Shown here one piece after another: positions 28,154-42,131 of a stretch of 64,000 bases of DNA (its first letter is position 1; each line of letters starts with the position of its first letter). Position numbers and translations under genes: made by a program. Source of the DNA: Bigelowiella natans CCMP2755 (Eukaryota; Protista; Cercozoa); assembly GCA_000320545.1 (NCBI GenBank), contig ADNK01000149.1:186001-250000 (forward strand). The letters run 5' to 3'. The notes beneath the pieces were generated by a model. It saw only the letters and a list, made by a program, of their open reading frames with translations. It did not search any database and was not told the origin of the DNA.

Positions 28154-29114
28154 TCCTTCTCATTGTGGTGCTACGATGCGCCTCCAAGGCATTGTTGAGA
28201 GATGATTGGTCGTTTGGAGAATCATAAAGTAGCATCAGCAGCAGGAAGGTGGCTGCTGATTGTCAGCAACTCATTATTACACAACATTGTCATCAGGCCT
28301 ACAGTTAAACACGCTAAATCCTGAGTATTTAGCATCAGATTCCACGGTGTGTGATCTTTTTATAATATAAGATCATTTATAGTAGCATGCATATGAGAAT
28401 GCTAATGGTGGTAAATTGTTTGTGATCAGTCATTGGCGAACATTGAAGTCTCCTCGCCTTCAGTACAATCGAGACTCGTTCGCAGGGATACGCTTCACAC
28501 GTCTCCTTCAGGAGCGTGTACGTTAGATTGCATGAAATAGCCTGTGCGAGAGGAATAAAAGAGGATGGAAAAACACGGGCATATTTCATTCGTCTCTGCT
28601 GTGGCGTTGTTTAAATATATCCTCGATGATGCTCGACGATTATGACGATGATGATGATGATGATGATAACAATGGTAGTGGCGTGATAGCAAACCTTTAC
28701 TGTTACTACTACTACTATTACTAGTGATACGTATGGGCTCAGTTGGCACGATGGCGGCCGAGCTTTTCAGCGACGATGATATAGAGAAGGCCACGCGCCA
28801 TCTCAACCGGGTTAAACAATCCAACGAATGCGTAGAGAATGGGAGAGAGGGAGAGGAAGGAGGATTTCTCATTGTTGAAATATGTCCCTCCTCTATGGTG
28901 TACTCATTGCAATGGGGCCAACAGGGACGCGGTCAGATGCTAAAGCTTTATCACACGTTGAAGGTATGGAGATCATGCCTACTAACGATGGTGGTGGTGT
29001 GAAATGGAAGATATTCACATGACTTTTTCGTCATCTGTCTTTTACCTCCTATTTGTCCTCACACAGGATCCTCTCTTATGGGCTGTATTCCGAGGTGGGC
29101 ATAGCAACACGAAG

Positions 29115-29157
<43 letters not shown>

Positions 29158-29553
29158 GCAATGATGATAATGACATGATGACAATATCAAAGATAGAGAC
29201 AGGAATACCTTCTTAACGGATGAAAGTGACAAGAGATATCTTCCTCCTCGTTATCGTCCCGTTGATGGCATGCTGCAGAGGATGTGATGACAATGGAAGA
29301 AGCAAATGGCAGTAGCGATTGCATGTTATCTAACGAGACTTTTAGTTGTTTACCGTTCCTCCTCCTCCTCCTCCTCTCGCACAGGGACTCGATCACGCGA
29401 GTTGAAAACACAGCTAAGAGAGGTAGTAATAGTAGTAGTGATAGCAGTAGTAGTAGTAGTAGTAATAGGTGTTGTTATTGCTGCTGTTGTAGCCCGCACT
29501 TCCCTCCTGAAGGCGCGGTTGAATAGAGGAGGATTTTAGCACAACACACGCAC

Positions 29554-29594
<41 letters not shown>

Positions 29595-29640
29595 GTGTGT
29601 GTGTGTTGCTCTATTGCTTTCTATCCGCGGTCCAAACTGT

Positions 29641-29675
<35 letters not shown>

Positions 29676-29956
29676 AATCATCAGGTTTCCTACGCACTTG
29701 GAGAACCAATTGCGGTACTACTCCTACTGCTACTGCTACAGAGAAGAGCTGCTGCTGCTGCTTGATGCTGTTACTTATAAACGATACATATATAATACAG
29801 ACGAGCTCTTCCGAGGCGTTTCTTGCGGTGGAGGCCTTGGAGGCAAAGGGACTGATATCACGGTGATGTTTAGAGTACTGTTCTTCTCACTTTTGTCGTT
29901 AATGTCTACTAACAACAGGAAAAGGAAGGCACAGATTGTTCATATCTTAATATATG

Positions 29957-30001
<45 letters not shown>

Positions 30002-30465
30002 TCTGTCTCCCGCTCTCTCTCTCCCCTCCCCCCCCCCCCACCCCCCATGCCCTTCCAACAGTTTCGGGAAGAGCAGTTCGCTGTACCTGAAATTTTACAT
30101 CCGTCAAGAGGTAGGAGCGAGAGGGGGGTTACTACGTACGGGAAGAGGAAATGGTGATAGTAATTGTGTACATATATCCATCAATACGTAGGCGACTGGA
30201 AGGATGACAAAGCTTGCCAAAACGCCCTTCGTGTCCACTGAGCAGTCAGGCATTAACACGATGCTGAAGAATATCCGGAGGAAGGTGTTGATTTCTGCCT
30301 ACGTTGGATATGCGAAAATCGATGAAGCATAGATACGCACATCATCGCATGACCAAAACAAAACGCATTCGTTCTCGTGCGATTGCATGTGTATGGTAAC
30401 CATTATTTATGTTTATATTATTTGTGAATATAATAAATATTTGTCGTCGTTATATCGTCGTGATG

Positions 30466-30529
<64 letters not shown>

Positions 30530-31126
30530 GTTTCTCCTGCTATCGTCAAGACAGTATTCCCGTCACCCAAATCCTCTTCTTCGTATTGATGATAATAATA
30601 TGATCAATGATAATGATATCAGTGGAAAGAGGGGATTGCAAACAACGATATAGATGATGACAAGCAGGTGGTTCTTGTGTAAGCATTCATGATTCTGTGC
30701 TCATTGTCGTCATCTCAGTTGTTTCCACTGCTGTCGTTCTCTGCCACATCCCTTGATATCTCTCGATATTTCTCTCGTTACTTATTCTTTATCGTCGAAT
30801 TCGGTCTTTTTCCTCCTCCTCCCCTCCTCCTCATGATTATTTCTTTGTTTTCTTCTTGTTCTTATCAGCTATTGGTAGAGAAGCGAGGGCGTGACTTGAA
30901 CTCTCTGCTGCATCCGAGCCCTCCGTTCCTGGTCGTGCAAGTATGGCAGCGCTCCTTGCTTGGCCGCAATCGCGCAGTGGCAGAGACAGCTGTCAGGTCA
31001 TCGTTTCGACTTGAACGAACAACGACGACAATGAATGATCGATGATGATGATGACGACACACATCGATGACAATGATCGATGAGGATGATGCATATTGTA
31101 GCATGCGGACAATGCACGATGACACA

Positions 31127-31164
<38 letters not shown>

Positions 31165-31665
31165 CAATCGTAGACTGTATTATGGTGCAACGCAACCTGG
31201 AAGACCGGTATTATTTTAACTAAACGTTTTCTTCCCACTTCACACCATCGTGCATGATTCCACCCCAAAGAATCGATCGAAGTGACGCAAAAAAAGGCAT
31301 ATCGTCTTTCATATATTCTATTAAAACAGGCGTTGTTATCACCACCCAACATTTCTTGTTTCTTCCTTTCTGCTGACCTATCTCCTCCTCCTCTCCCCTC
31401 ACCCTCATCCTACGAGTGAAGATTACGCATTGGTGGAATGTGCTGGCGTTGGTGCCTGCAAAGCGCGGGTCTCTTGCATCAAGTAGAAGATCAAGTGGTA
31501 GTAATAGTAGTAGTAGTAGTAGTAGTAGTAGTAGCAGCTGTAGTAATAGTAGCAGCAGCAGTAGCAGCAGCAAGATAACACGATTACACACAAGAAGGCA
31601 GGGAAGTAACAAAGTCGACGATGTTTTCAGAGCATCTTGATGTCAGGAAGTAGTTTATGTGTGTG

Positions 31666-31702
<37 letters not shown>

Positions 31703-32873
31703 GTATAAATGTGCACCATCAGCTTCCATCTCTGTCTCGTCCACGCCGAAAAAAAAGCTTGATTCTAAAGGTTAGTAGTTAGTAGCTCGTAGTAGCACTG
31801 CATGACCAAGTACACCACGTACAACGTCTATAGTGTAGTATTTGACGTGAGAAGGGCCTTCCGATTTTGATTTCCAACGGTGCGAATATGGTTGGTTTTT
31901 GCCCTGGATCACGGCCTTGCAGAACAATAAATCACCAGTAGTTGATGGGGAAGCAACACGGGAATGTATAGGATGATAATGATGATGGTGGTGGTGATGA
32001 TGTTTTATTTTTAGTGTGGGAGAAAGGAGGAGGGGAAGACTTACTTGCTGCATCAAAGGCTGCTCTCGCTACGCAAGAGGTTACAAACATCAAAATTGAT
32101 ACATATCACCCCTGAAATCGATTGTGTGCACATCGTGTCATGAACCACAACCGAGCCCCTCTCTCTCTCTCCCCCTTTGCATGAATTATACCTTCTCCTC
32201 CTCCTCCCCTCTGCTTATATGGCCGCCCATACATGCCTGCTATACAGCTTTGCCATCTTGTGCCCGCTGATGCCTTTTGTCCTCTTTGCTTGGTTGCCCC
32301 CCCCCCTTGGTGATTGATGAACAATGAGCACAGATCGTGGGACAGATGAGGCTCCGTATCCGTTTTGATCCAGGCATTGCGCGCATCCAAAGGGTGCGGG
32401 TTTCGTTGTACCGTCTGATTCACAAATAACATACGTAGATAACGTACTCGTTATCTGCTGCTCTCACCCTACCCACCATACCGTGCATGGAAATGATGAT
32501 CCGAGCTCTTGAGAGCATCCAGTCTAACTTGGTGCTTAACTTTTTGTCGTCCAGTGGCGGGAGAAGTGTGATGCCCGGCTTCATAGAGCCCTAGCTGTCG
32601 CTCTCCAACGAGGACATGACGTAAGAAGAAGAAGAAGAAGAGTGAGAATAAATGCCTTTTGCCAATGGCATTGAACCTCCAGCATTTTATTGACAGAACC
32701 CGTTTACTACCGCATTCTGACGATTTTTATACGTTTATGTGATATGTTTTGCCTCCCTTATGTGTGAGCGCACACTTCCCTAGTCGAATGAATGCTGATG
32801 CTGGTGCTTTGATGATAGGAGATCATTCAAAGGATTATCACGTTGCGTATAAATGTCGATAAAAGGCACACAG

Positions 32874-32923
<50 letters not shown>

Positions 32924-33037
32924 ATGTGTGTACACATTAATATATACATATTTAATATTTTCGAATTCGTTTTTTCGTATCGCAAGAGCTTTTTTATTGC
33001 TTAATCCGCCTTCATCACCATCATAAAAACCAACCGG

Positions 33038-33068
<31 letters not shown>

Positions 33069-33579
33069 GATCTCAGCATGAACAATACTTCACTTCCTTG
33101 CCCATAGGAATGGCGGCGAACGGCCTTGCAGTTGGCTGCGGCTTTGGTAATAGTTACTACCGCGCTGCTGCCGATACGTCTTCTGCTTTTCGAGTGGACT
33201 GCGTACAAGCAAATGATGGAGAGTGATAGAGATGGTGTTTGCCAACGCCGTGGGGGGTTGCAAGTTACATCTTATTTCTCTCCTTGTCGTTGCTAGCGAT
33301 CGTCCTTTGCCTACTGTGCATACTGTGCGCTCGCACCCGCGTCCCTTTGTTCTCTCCTAACACCCCCCCCCCCTCCTCACCCTAGAATAAGCCTGAGCTG
33401 GTAAAACTGGTGCTGGAAGCGAAGGTGGAACTACCACTACTACTGAATCGATGTGACGAATATTTTACTACAATTATTGATCGCCCCCCCCCCCCTTCAT
33501 TCATTGGTCATTTACTTCGTTCCTTCCTTCAGGCGGATGTTAGTTGCTGCGACTGTCGTCAAGGTGTGTAGTAGTAGTG

Positions 33580-33612
<33 letters not shown>

Positions 33613-35638
33613 ATTTATTCGTTCATCATCATCATCATCATCATCAAACTCATCATCAAACTCATCATCACCATCATACTGCTGGCTCTTTTCGTCATAC
33701 ATACACCGTAGGTAACGTGCTGCACTCTGTGGCGCGGGCCGGCGCGGCGGAATCGGCGAAAATCATCCTGGAGAGCCTTGCTCCGGAAAATGAAGAAGAT
33801 AGGAGCGTAGACGGGCCGAAAGAAGGAAGAAGCTTGCTGAGCCTGGCTTTATCGCCCATAACGGTTACTATTATTCTATGTAGCTTCTTCACATGATGGA
33901 GGAGGAAATGCTTGCTGTGCTCTGCGAGCATTGCCTCTGCCTGTGGTCACCACACCCTGATGCTTCTCCCCGCTGCTTTCTGTAGGCAAGAAGAGAGAAA
34001 GAGGGCAAGAGAGGCACAGGCGGGGTAGTACGGGGGAAACGAGTCCTCGAAAAGATTCTCACAGCTCGGTGGGAGGATGAGAAGAAGAAGAAGAAGGAAG
34101 AAGAAGAAGAACGATATGTTTATATACATCATACAGCAGCAGCAGCCCTTTGTTAGTACAAACGGAGCTGCCTTCTTCTTCTTATACACTACTTCTACTA
34201 CTCCTACCACTATTTCTCCTCTCACACTTATGATGATATATACGACACATATTATATTTATCTTAACCCGTAGCACTCCGTCTGTTTCTGCCAAGCCTTC
34301 TAATAATCACGGTTGTTCTTAAGTCCTCGTTCCCCCCCTCCTCCTCCTCCTCCTCCTCCTCCTCCTCCTCCCTCCACTCGACAGCGATAAGGAGGGGCGG
34401 ACGGCCCTGCATCTGTGCTGTGCAGCCGATCACGTCGGCGTGGCCGCCTTACTCATCCACTACCTGGTCAACGTGGTGAAATCTTCTGCTACCGCTGCAA
34501 CGTCCCGTACTCCTGCTGCTGCTGCTGCTGCTGCTGCGACAGCATCTCGAGCGTCATCGTCATCTAGGATAATGAGAGGGGAGGCTAGCAGTACTCTGGA
34601 CGTCCGGGATGAGAGGGGGTTCACTCCTTTGCATGCCGCAGCGGAGGAGGGCGGGCACAAAACGGCCAAGGTGGTGTTTCTCCCTCGTTATCACCGTGTC
34701 ATGGTGAAAAGAAAGCATAAGGGGGATGGAGGGGAGGGGGGATAGGGGGGGGGGCAATGCACCCGAAGGATGGACCGAGAATCATGTACGCCGTGCCATT
34801 TATACGTTTCTCCTTCCTCCTCCTTCTTGTTCTTTTTTTCGTCTTGTTACCCGTTGCTTATGCGCCGGTGTAGCTGTTGCTGAAGTACAAGGCCAGTGTG
34901 GAGGTAGGTATTTGGTGAATCATCATGTGAGGAGGAGGAGGAGGGAGGAGAAGAAGAAGAACAGCATGTGAGGGTTATTGTTACCCAGTGACAACATTCG
35001 TTGTATGTTACGACACACGCTCAAGCCATGGATATCATCAATGTTTCGGTGTGCTGACGAGTGCGAAGATCAGCACAGAGCTTGCTTTGGGAAAGAGGGG
35101 GGGGGGGGGGGGTAAGAGTAGAGCCGTTGCCTATTCCAAAATCCTCAGTTGCACCGCTGCAAGCACGATGCAATCTGATAGCCAGTAGTAGGAATGAATG
35201 AGTTATGCTGACGACTATTGTGTGTGTGTGTGTGCCTTTTCTGCATTGGTCGTCGTAACAACCACAGATTCGGGAGAAAGGAGGACTCACACCGCTTCAT
35301 GTATTATGTGTGAAATGTGTGATGATGCTCTTGTTGCTATGATAATTACACCGATATCATCGTGATTTCTCTGCTACATTGATACTGTCAGGTGGCAGTG
35401 CGGTGTAATAGGAAAGATGTGGTGCGTGTTTTGGTCGAGGGAAAGGCCTCCGTAGATGCGACTTCTTCAATCGGAAGGACAGCTCTCTTCATGGCGGCGG
35501 ATCAGGTGCTAGATGATTCTTGTTAAGAGTTGTTATCAGTAGAGAAGCAGTGCAGCATCGTCGTTATATCACCCAGACTGTTCCATCTTCACATTGATTG
35601 CATCTGTTTGTTTGTTTGCTTGCTTGCGTGGCGATATA

Positions 35639-35680
<42 letters not shown>

Positions 35681-36779
35681 GTAACGCCCACATCGTGAAG
35701 CTGCTGCTGATGCACGGAGCCAATCACGACGCAAAGGATGACCTGAACAAGGTGGTTTGGCAGCAGCGTGACGTTGTCATCGTCGCCTCCTCCTCCTCCT
35801 TTATTTTCTTCTGGGGGCATGTACTTGCAACAACGAAGATGATGACCACGATTTACTGACTTTACTTCTGTGAACCCACAACAACTGCTCTCTAAATGGA
35901 CGACCTCTCCCCCCCCCTCCCCCAGCGTGTCTTGGATGTCGCAGCCGAAGCAAAGTCGGAGCTTGTTACGGAGTTGTTGCTAGCTGCAGAGCTACCAGTA
36001 GTAGATTGATCCATCACCACAAATGAATGACTAATCATCGCAATGTGTTCCGACTTTCTCCCTCTGCCCCTCCTGCCTGGCTGTGGACACCAAAGCCAGC
36101 AACGATTGTGGATGAGGGAGACGATGATAATGATGATAATGATCAAATTTTTTCTTCATATGTCCTGCTATGTGCGTGTGGTTATGCATTGTCATCATCG
36201 TCATCGTCATCACTACCATCCAACAGTCATCATCATCATCATCATCATACAACAGTCACAGAGAAAGAAAGCTAATGCAACTATGGAGACCCCTTTCTCC
36301 CTCCAAGGTATTTGTCTACCATCTGCTTACAATATTCTTATATATTATTTATAAATATTGTCCCCCCCCCGTCGTTCGCTTCCCTTTTCCATCGTGTAGG
36401 ATCTGTAGCCAGAGCCCGGTTTCAAAGCAAGGCTTTGATCCGTGCGGCCTGTGAAGGAAGGTCAGCTTATGTGTTATCTTCAGGAGGAGGAGGAGGATGA
36501 GGAGGAGGAGGAAACGATTTGTTTTTGTCACCACTACTCAAGAAACGATAATACGATATGATGACGATATATGATGACAATATAAAACAACTACGATGGC
36601 AATGACGAAGACTAACTGTTTCACCCATTGTCCCTTCCATTCATTTATTATTCTTCCGTTGATTCATTTCTTATCAGAGCTGAGGCAGTGGAGCAGCTGC
36701 TCGAAGCAAAGGTGCCAATGCATGACAGCGAAAATCATCAATTCAAAAGCAGACTCATTTAGAATGATGATATTGAAAC

Positions 36780-36826
<47 letters not shown>

Positions 36827-37157
36827 GAAGCCGCGAATTAAGTGGTGTTCTATGACGATGTCGACGACAAGAAGATGACACAATGGAAGTGAACGATTAC
36901 AGACAAAAGCAGCAGAACATGATTAGATTTTCCTCCTACTTCATGAGAATGTAGGATGGAGATCGATATCTCCAAATCTACTTAAATGTTTCTTTTCTAT
37001 CATACAAGTTCGTTTCTCTTACTATCTCTTTCCCCTCTCCCTCCTCTTTCAAAGGCCGATCCAAATGAGGAGTTTCTTGGCCACACCGCTCTGCACTGTG
37101 CGGTCTGGGCTTTATCTGCCAACGCTGCTGACTTATTGCTGAGGCACAAGGTACGCT

Positions 37158-37198
<41 letters not shown>

Positions 37199-37199
37199 T

Positions 37200-37239
<40 letters not shown>

Positions 37240-37875
37240 ATAAAAGGGTTGTATCTTTGAGGAGATTCTCTTGTTCCTTCTCTTCTTTCCTCTCCCCTTC
37301 TTCTTCTTCATCTTCTTGTCTCATCATCCTCCTCCTTCTCCTACTCCTCTCCTTTATATCCCCCATCATTGCAACTGAAGACATCTTGATTTGCTATCTG
37401 GTTTATAGGCTGATGTGTCGGTGCGAACACCTACGAAGGAGAGTTCTTTGGGGTTGGCGATTACAAGGGGAGGTAGTAGTAGTAGTAGTTTTATTTTGCA
37501 AGCTGTTTGTTTGTTAGTACTTTTCCCAGAGCAAAAGGCGGATTTTCTTGTCCTCGAGTCATTGTCGTCATTGTGATAGTTGCATTTGATGGTTTCAAAA
37601 CGAATCATTCCTCGTTATCCATTCGTACGTAACAACAGCAGCAGCAGCAGCAACAGCTTCATCATCGGTGAGAGGTAGCGGCCAAAGTACGACTGTTCTG
37701 CGTTGTCACACAGTTATCCAAGCGTTGCTTCGACACAAAGCGGTAATATTGCTGCTTCTTGCAGCCGCCATACAAATATCTCTGGGTGTGTAGTAGCTCC
37801 GAATTAGAGAAATTAGAGAGGAGAAGATTGGAAAATTGTGCACGCCGCTGATTTCTCATCAACAACGTCACTTCT

Positions 37876-37913
<38 letters not shown>

Positions 37914-37953
37914 GTGTGTGTGTGTGTGTATCACTCTAGCACACACACACACG

Positions 37954-37984
<31 letters not shown>

Positions 37985-39094
37985 GCATTCATACACACAA
38001 ACTCAGGATCCGAACCGACCGATGAAACTCTCTGGAAGCATAAGTAGCAGCTCTTCAGGAGGAAGACGAGGTGCTACTACCAGCTACGACAATATTGCCC
38101 TCCCCCCCCCCCTCTGCTACATAAGCGGCAGAATGAGCAGCCTAGCTGGAGGCAATCATCCACCGAGCATGCCGCCCACGAGGAAAGAAAAGGAACCCAG
38201 GAAGGTGGAGAAGGAAGATAGAGGGGGGGGTACTGTCAGCGTCTCCACGAACACCACACCGACGACGATGACGACGGCTGTCGTAGGTAGTCAGTGGAGA
38301 GATAAGAAAAAAAGGAAAAGGAGTGAGAGAAAGGATGTGAGGAAGAAAGAGGGCTCTGAAGATGCCGATCCCTCAAATGCGTCCGCCTCAAGCTCTTACC
38401 ACCAATCGGAGATGGCGAGTGTGGGGAATGGTAATCATAGCTCGGACGTAAAGGAGGAGGATCAACATCATCATCATCACCATCCAACTGAGGGCAACAG
38501 CAGCGGTGCTGCTAACAACGAAGATGGTGATGATATTGGTACTGAGCGACTCGCCTGGATGCTGCTGCAGCACGGAGCACAGGTAAAAAGGCGAATGAGT
38601 TGTCATCAGCATCATCGTCATCACCACCATCATCACCATTTCCTCTTCTCCTATCGTAAGTAGTTGTTGTTGTTGTCGTTGTGCTCTCTGGTGAACAACA
38701 AATACAAATCACCAATCGTATCTCCTTCGCAACCCGTTCTTCTGATAGACATCGTTCGGTTATACACCTCCTACTTCTTAGAAAAGTAAAGTATGTGAGT
38801 CGCTGTATGTCTGATTGATGATGCATTGCACAAACATAAAGGTCGATTGCAGAGATAGAGACGGGAAGACTCCTTTAATAAAGTAGCACTCAATCAGTAT
38901 CATCATCACCATCAGCACAATACTATCACCTCTTCCCTGAATCCCCCCCCCCCCCCCCCCCTCCGTGTGGCGAGTAAGAGATGCATTCGTTGTCGATTCT
39001 TCCGCAGTCACGCATTCCATAAAACATGGTTTTCGATTATTTTTTGAAACAATTGCCGCTTCACTAGAATCTCTTCGCAACAAATCACATCAAT

Positions 39095-39138
<44 letters not shown>

Positions 39139-41679
39139 CAGTCAACGGTTGTAGAACATACATAACTCTCTGCGCTACAACACGGCGCTGTTCTAGAGGG
39201 GAAATTATCGGCATTTTTGTCAATTGTCCTTCGCTTCATTCTTCGCTTAGAAATAAATCTCCTTCCCCTTCTTCTCCTTCTTCTTCTTCTTCTTCTTCTT
39301 CTTCTTCATTATTCTCTTCCTCTTCCTAGGGCATGCTTCGCCGGACAAGCCATATTAGTTGCGCTCCTGCTCAGACATAACGCTGACGTCTTCGCAGAGC
39401 CCTTTTCGGGAGGGAGGCGGAACGCGCTTCTTGCCGCTGCCTCTCGTGGGTTTGACCAAGTGGTAATAGGATGATCAACATGCCAATATTCAGCCTCTAG
39501 AAGTAGTAATAGGAGGAGGAGGAATAGTTGTAGTTGTTGTCGTTTGTTTTGTAAAGTACATGTTATTGGGACTCTCCGCTTTCCTTGGCTTGCTTGTTTT
39601 TGTCTTCCCCTCCTCCGTGCGTTTTCCTCTCTTTTCGCACTGCTGCTTCAGCTTCTGTTGGCATTATATCGTGATGATTTCTCTGCTCTTATTCACCACC
39701 AGGTGGAGGAAATCATCAAGCACAAAGGCAACGAATGCGTCAATCACCAAAACTCGCAAGGTTGTGAAGGGAGGGGAGGGGAGGAGAATGAAGAGAAGCA
39801 TTGGGGTGGTAGCATCGCTTGTGAGCTCCGAATGTAGGAAGAGGGTTCGTGGTCCTTATGCCTATACGTCACCCCCGTCGTCTCTTAACTATTTAGGACA
39901 CACTGCTTTGATGATGGCCGCATCAGGTCAGTATGTTGCTGCTCACATTGCATGCATATAATAATAACAATATGGCACATTCCCATAGCCCGATGATACC
40001 TAATACTGCCACCGTCGCTACTACCATTACTACTACGACTACTACTACTACTACTGCTACTACTACTATAGCTATGATCTCTCTTACATGCACACTCTGA
40101 CGGAGTGGAGCGCTGTTTGATAAATGCGTTCCTCGTCACGAAATCGTCATCATCATCATCATCATGATCATCATCTCCTTCTTCTTCTTCTTCTTCATCT
40201 TCTTTTGCATCATCATCAGGAGGATATTGCAGATTGGCCGGTCGTCTGTTAGAGGCTAAGGTAGTGACGGATGTTAAAAAGAAGAAACTCAACCACCACG
40301 ATGATCACGATGATGATGATGATGATAAAGAAGAACAAGAACGAAACGAAGAGGACTCAAGATTTTGCTGCTGCCAGACATCTAAAATCTTGATGTTCCT
40401 CGTTATGTTATCCCGCTCCTACTACTGCTACTGCTTGCTATAGCTGCTGCTGCTGGTGCTGGTGGTGGTAGTTTCTCACGTATCATCTACTGTGTGAGCA
40501 TTCTATTGTCCTCCGTGTCAGGCCCGATTGAACACTAGGACGACGGTTGTCGGTGATACGGCGCTCATGCGTGCCGCTCTGAAAAAGCACCTCGCAATGG
40601 TGATAACAGAACGAGGAGAAATGATGCATGCTATTACTTCTCCACCGTACTTCCGAATGTATTGAGCTAGAATTGGACGAGTGGGTGATCGACAGCACCA
40701 GTAGTCTTATTTTATTGTCCTGGATGCCACAGTTGATTCGGGGCAGAAGAGTCCTTTCGAGTCCTTTCGTTTGTTAACAGAGCCGCTGCAAACAGCTCCT
40801 TCTTCTGTGATTGAGATGATGGATAACTCATTCTGATTTCCATTTTATCTGTCCTCAGTGCGCGCTGCTGATAGCTCAAAATGCGGACGTCAATCAACGG
40901 AACCTGAGGGGGTGAGTCAGTCAGTCAGTGAAGAGATGAACGCCGCGACATAAGATTTGAATAGCCTGAAACGCCTTGATAGAGAAGAGAAGATCCAACA
41001 CGTATATAATCACACACGGTGTACGAGCATGTCGCAACCGCTGCCACCATTACTTCCATGCCGAACCCTCCCACTGATAAGAGTCACCATTGTAGGGATA
41101 ACGCGCTGAGTTGGGCATCTCTGGGTGGGAACCATCATGTACGTCATCTAACCATCATCGCTACTCCCATGAGACTATTCGTCCCCGTATCGTCGTTTCC
41201 ACGAACGTCTCCACCCGCCAGTATTGGAAACGAGGCGCTGAGTCGCTGTTTGTTTATCATCAATCCCACATAGGTCGTGACGTTGCTATGCTATCAAAAG
41301 GCCGACGTCAACTGCAAAATCAATCCAGATGGTAAGTTACGTAACGTATCGCTGTACTACAAATATTTCTTCTGAAACCTTCCAGATTCGATAGTGTGCG
41401 GGGCTTCTGTTAATATTGTCGGTATGACTGTGATTTTCTCGTAGGAGCAACGCCCTTGGTCATCGCAGTCAAAAATGGTCCGAAAATCAATGCTTCGCAC
41501 AAACACCTTGCAGTCCTATTCTATGCTTGTGCCTGTTGTCGTGCTAAGCTTATTTTGGAATCATCATTATCACCATTTGAATGCATTCCCAACAATAACC
41601 ACCTCAAGAGATTAAAGTGATAGTGTGCAGGAGGTTGGATACGATGTACACACTCGCATCCATGGTGCGCAGTCTCTAT

Positions 41680-41723
<44 letters not shown>

Positions 41724-42097
41724 GTGTGTGTGTGTGTGTACGTGTGTGTGTAATTATTGTGATTTAGGCAATATGCCTGTTGTGAGATGCTTGCTCGAAC
41801 AGAAGGTGGTATCCAGAACAGAACTCTTTCAAATTATCAATCAACGTATCCATTGATCATTAAAATGATGCATGGATTCAGTCCGTAGTCTTCTGTTGAC
41901 GCTGGTGCTGCTGTCACCTAATAACTGCGGCCACTACGAATACAATAAAAACAACATCAACCTAATACGCATAGGCACGGCCAACCGCTGCCGATAGGGA
42001 AACAGCAATACGGTAATTAAAGCCGAAGATTCCAGAATGTTTGACGCACAGTTACAAACAAACGAGAAACGTGTCTGTGTATATTTATAATATATAC

Positions 42098-42131
<34 letters not shown>

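Noticed and set aside
28020-30290. Apparent actin-like fragments (AIIELGS, FREEQFAVPEILHPS, SGINTML)
   Set aside because: Phase-consistent splicing puts the 30062-30110 exon in another frame (FGKSSSLYLKFYIRQE), which completes a C2 domain. No actin phosphate-loop motifs were found.
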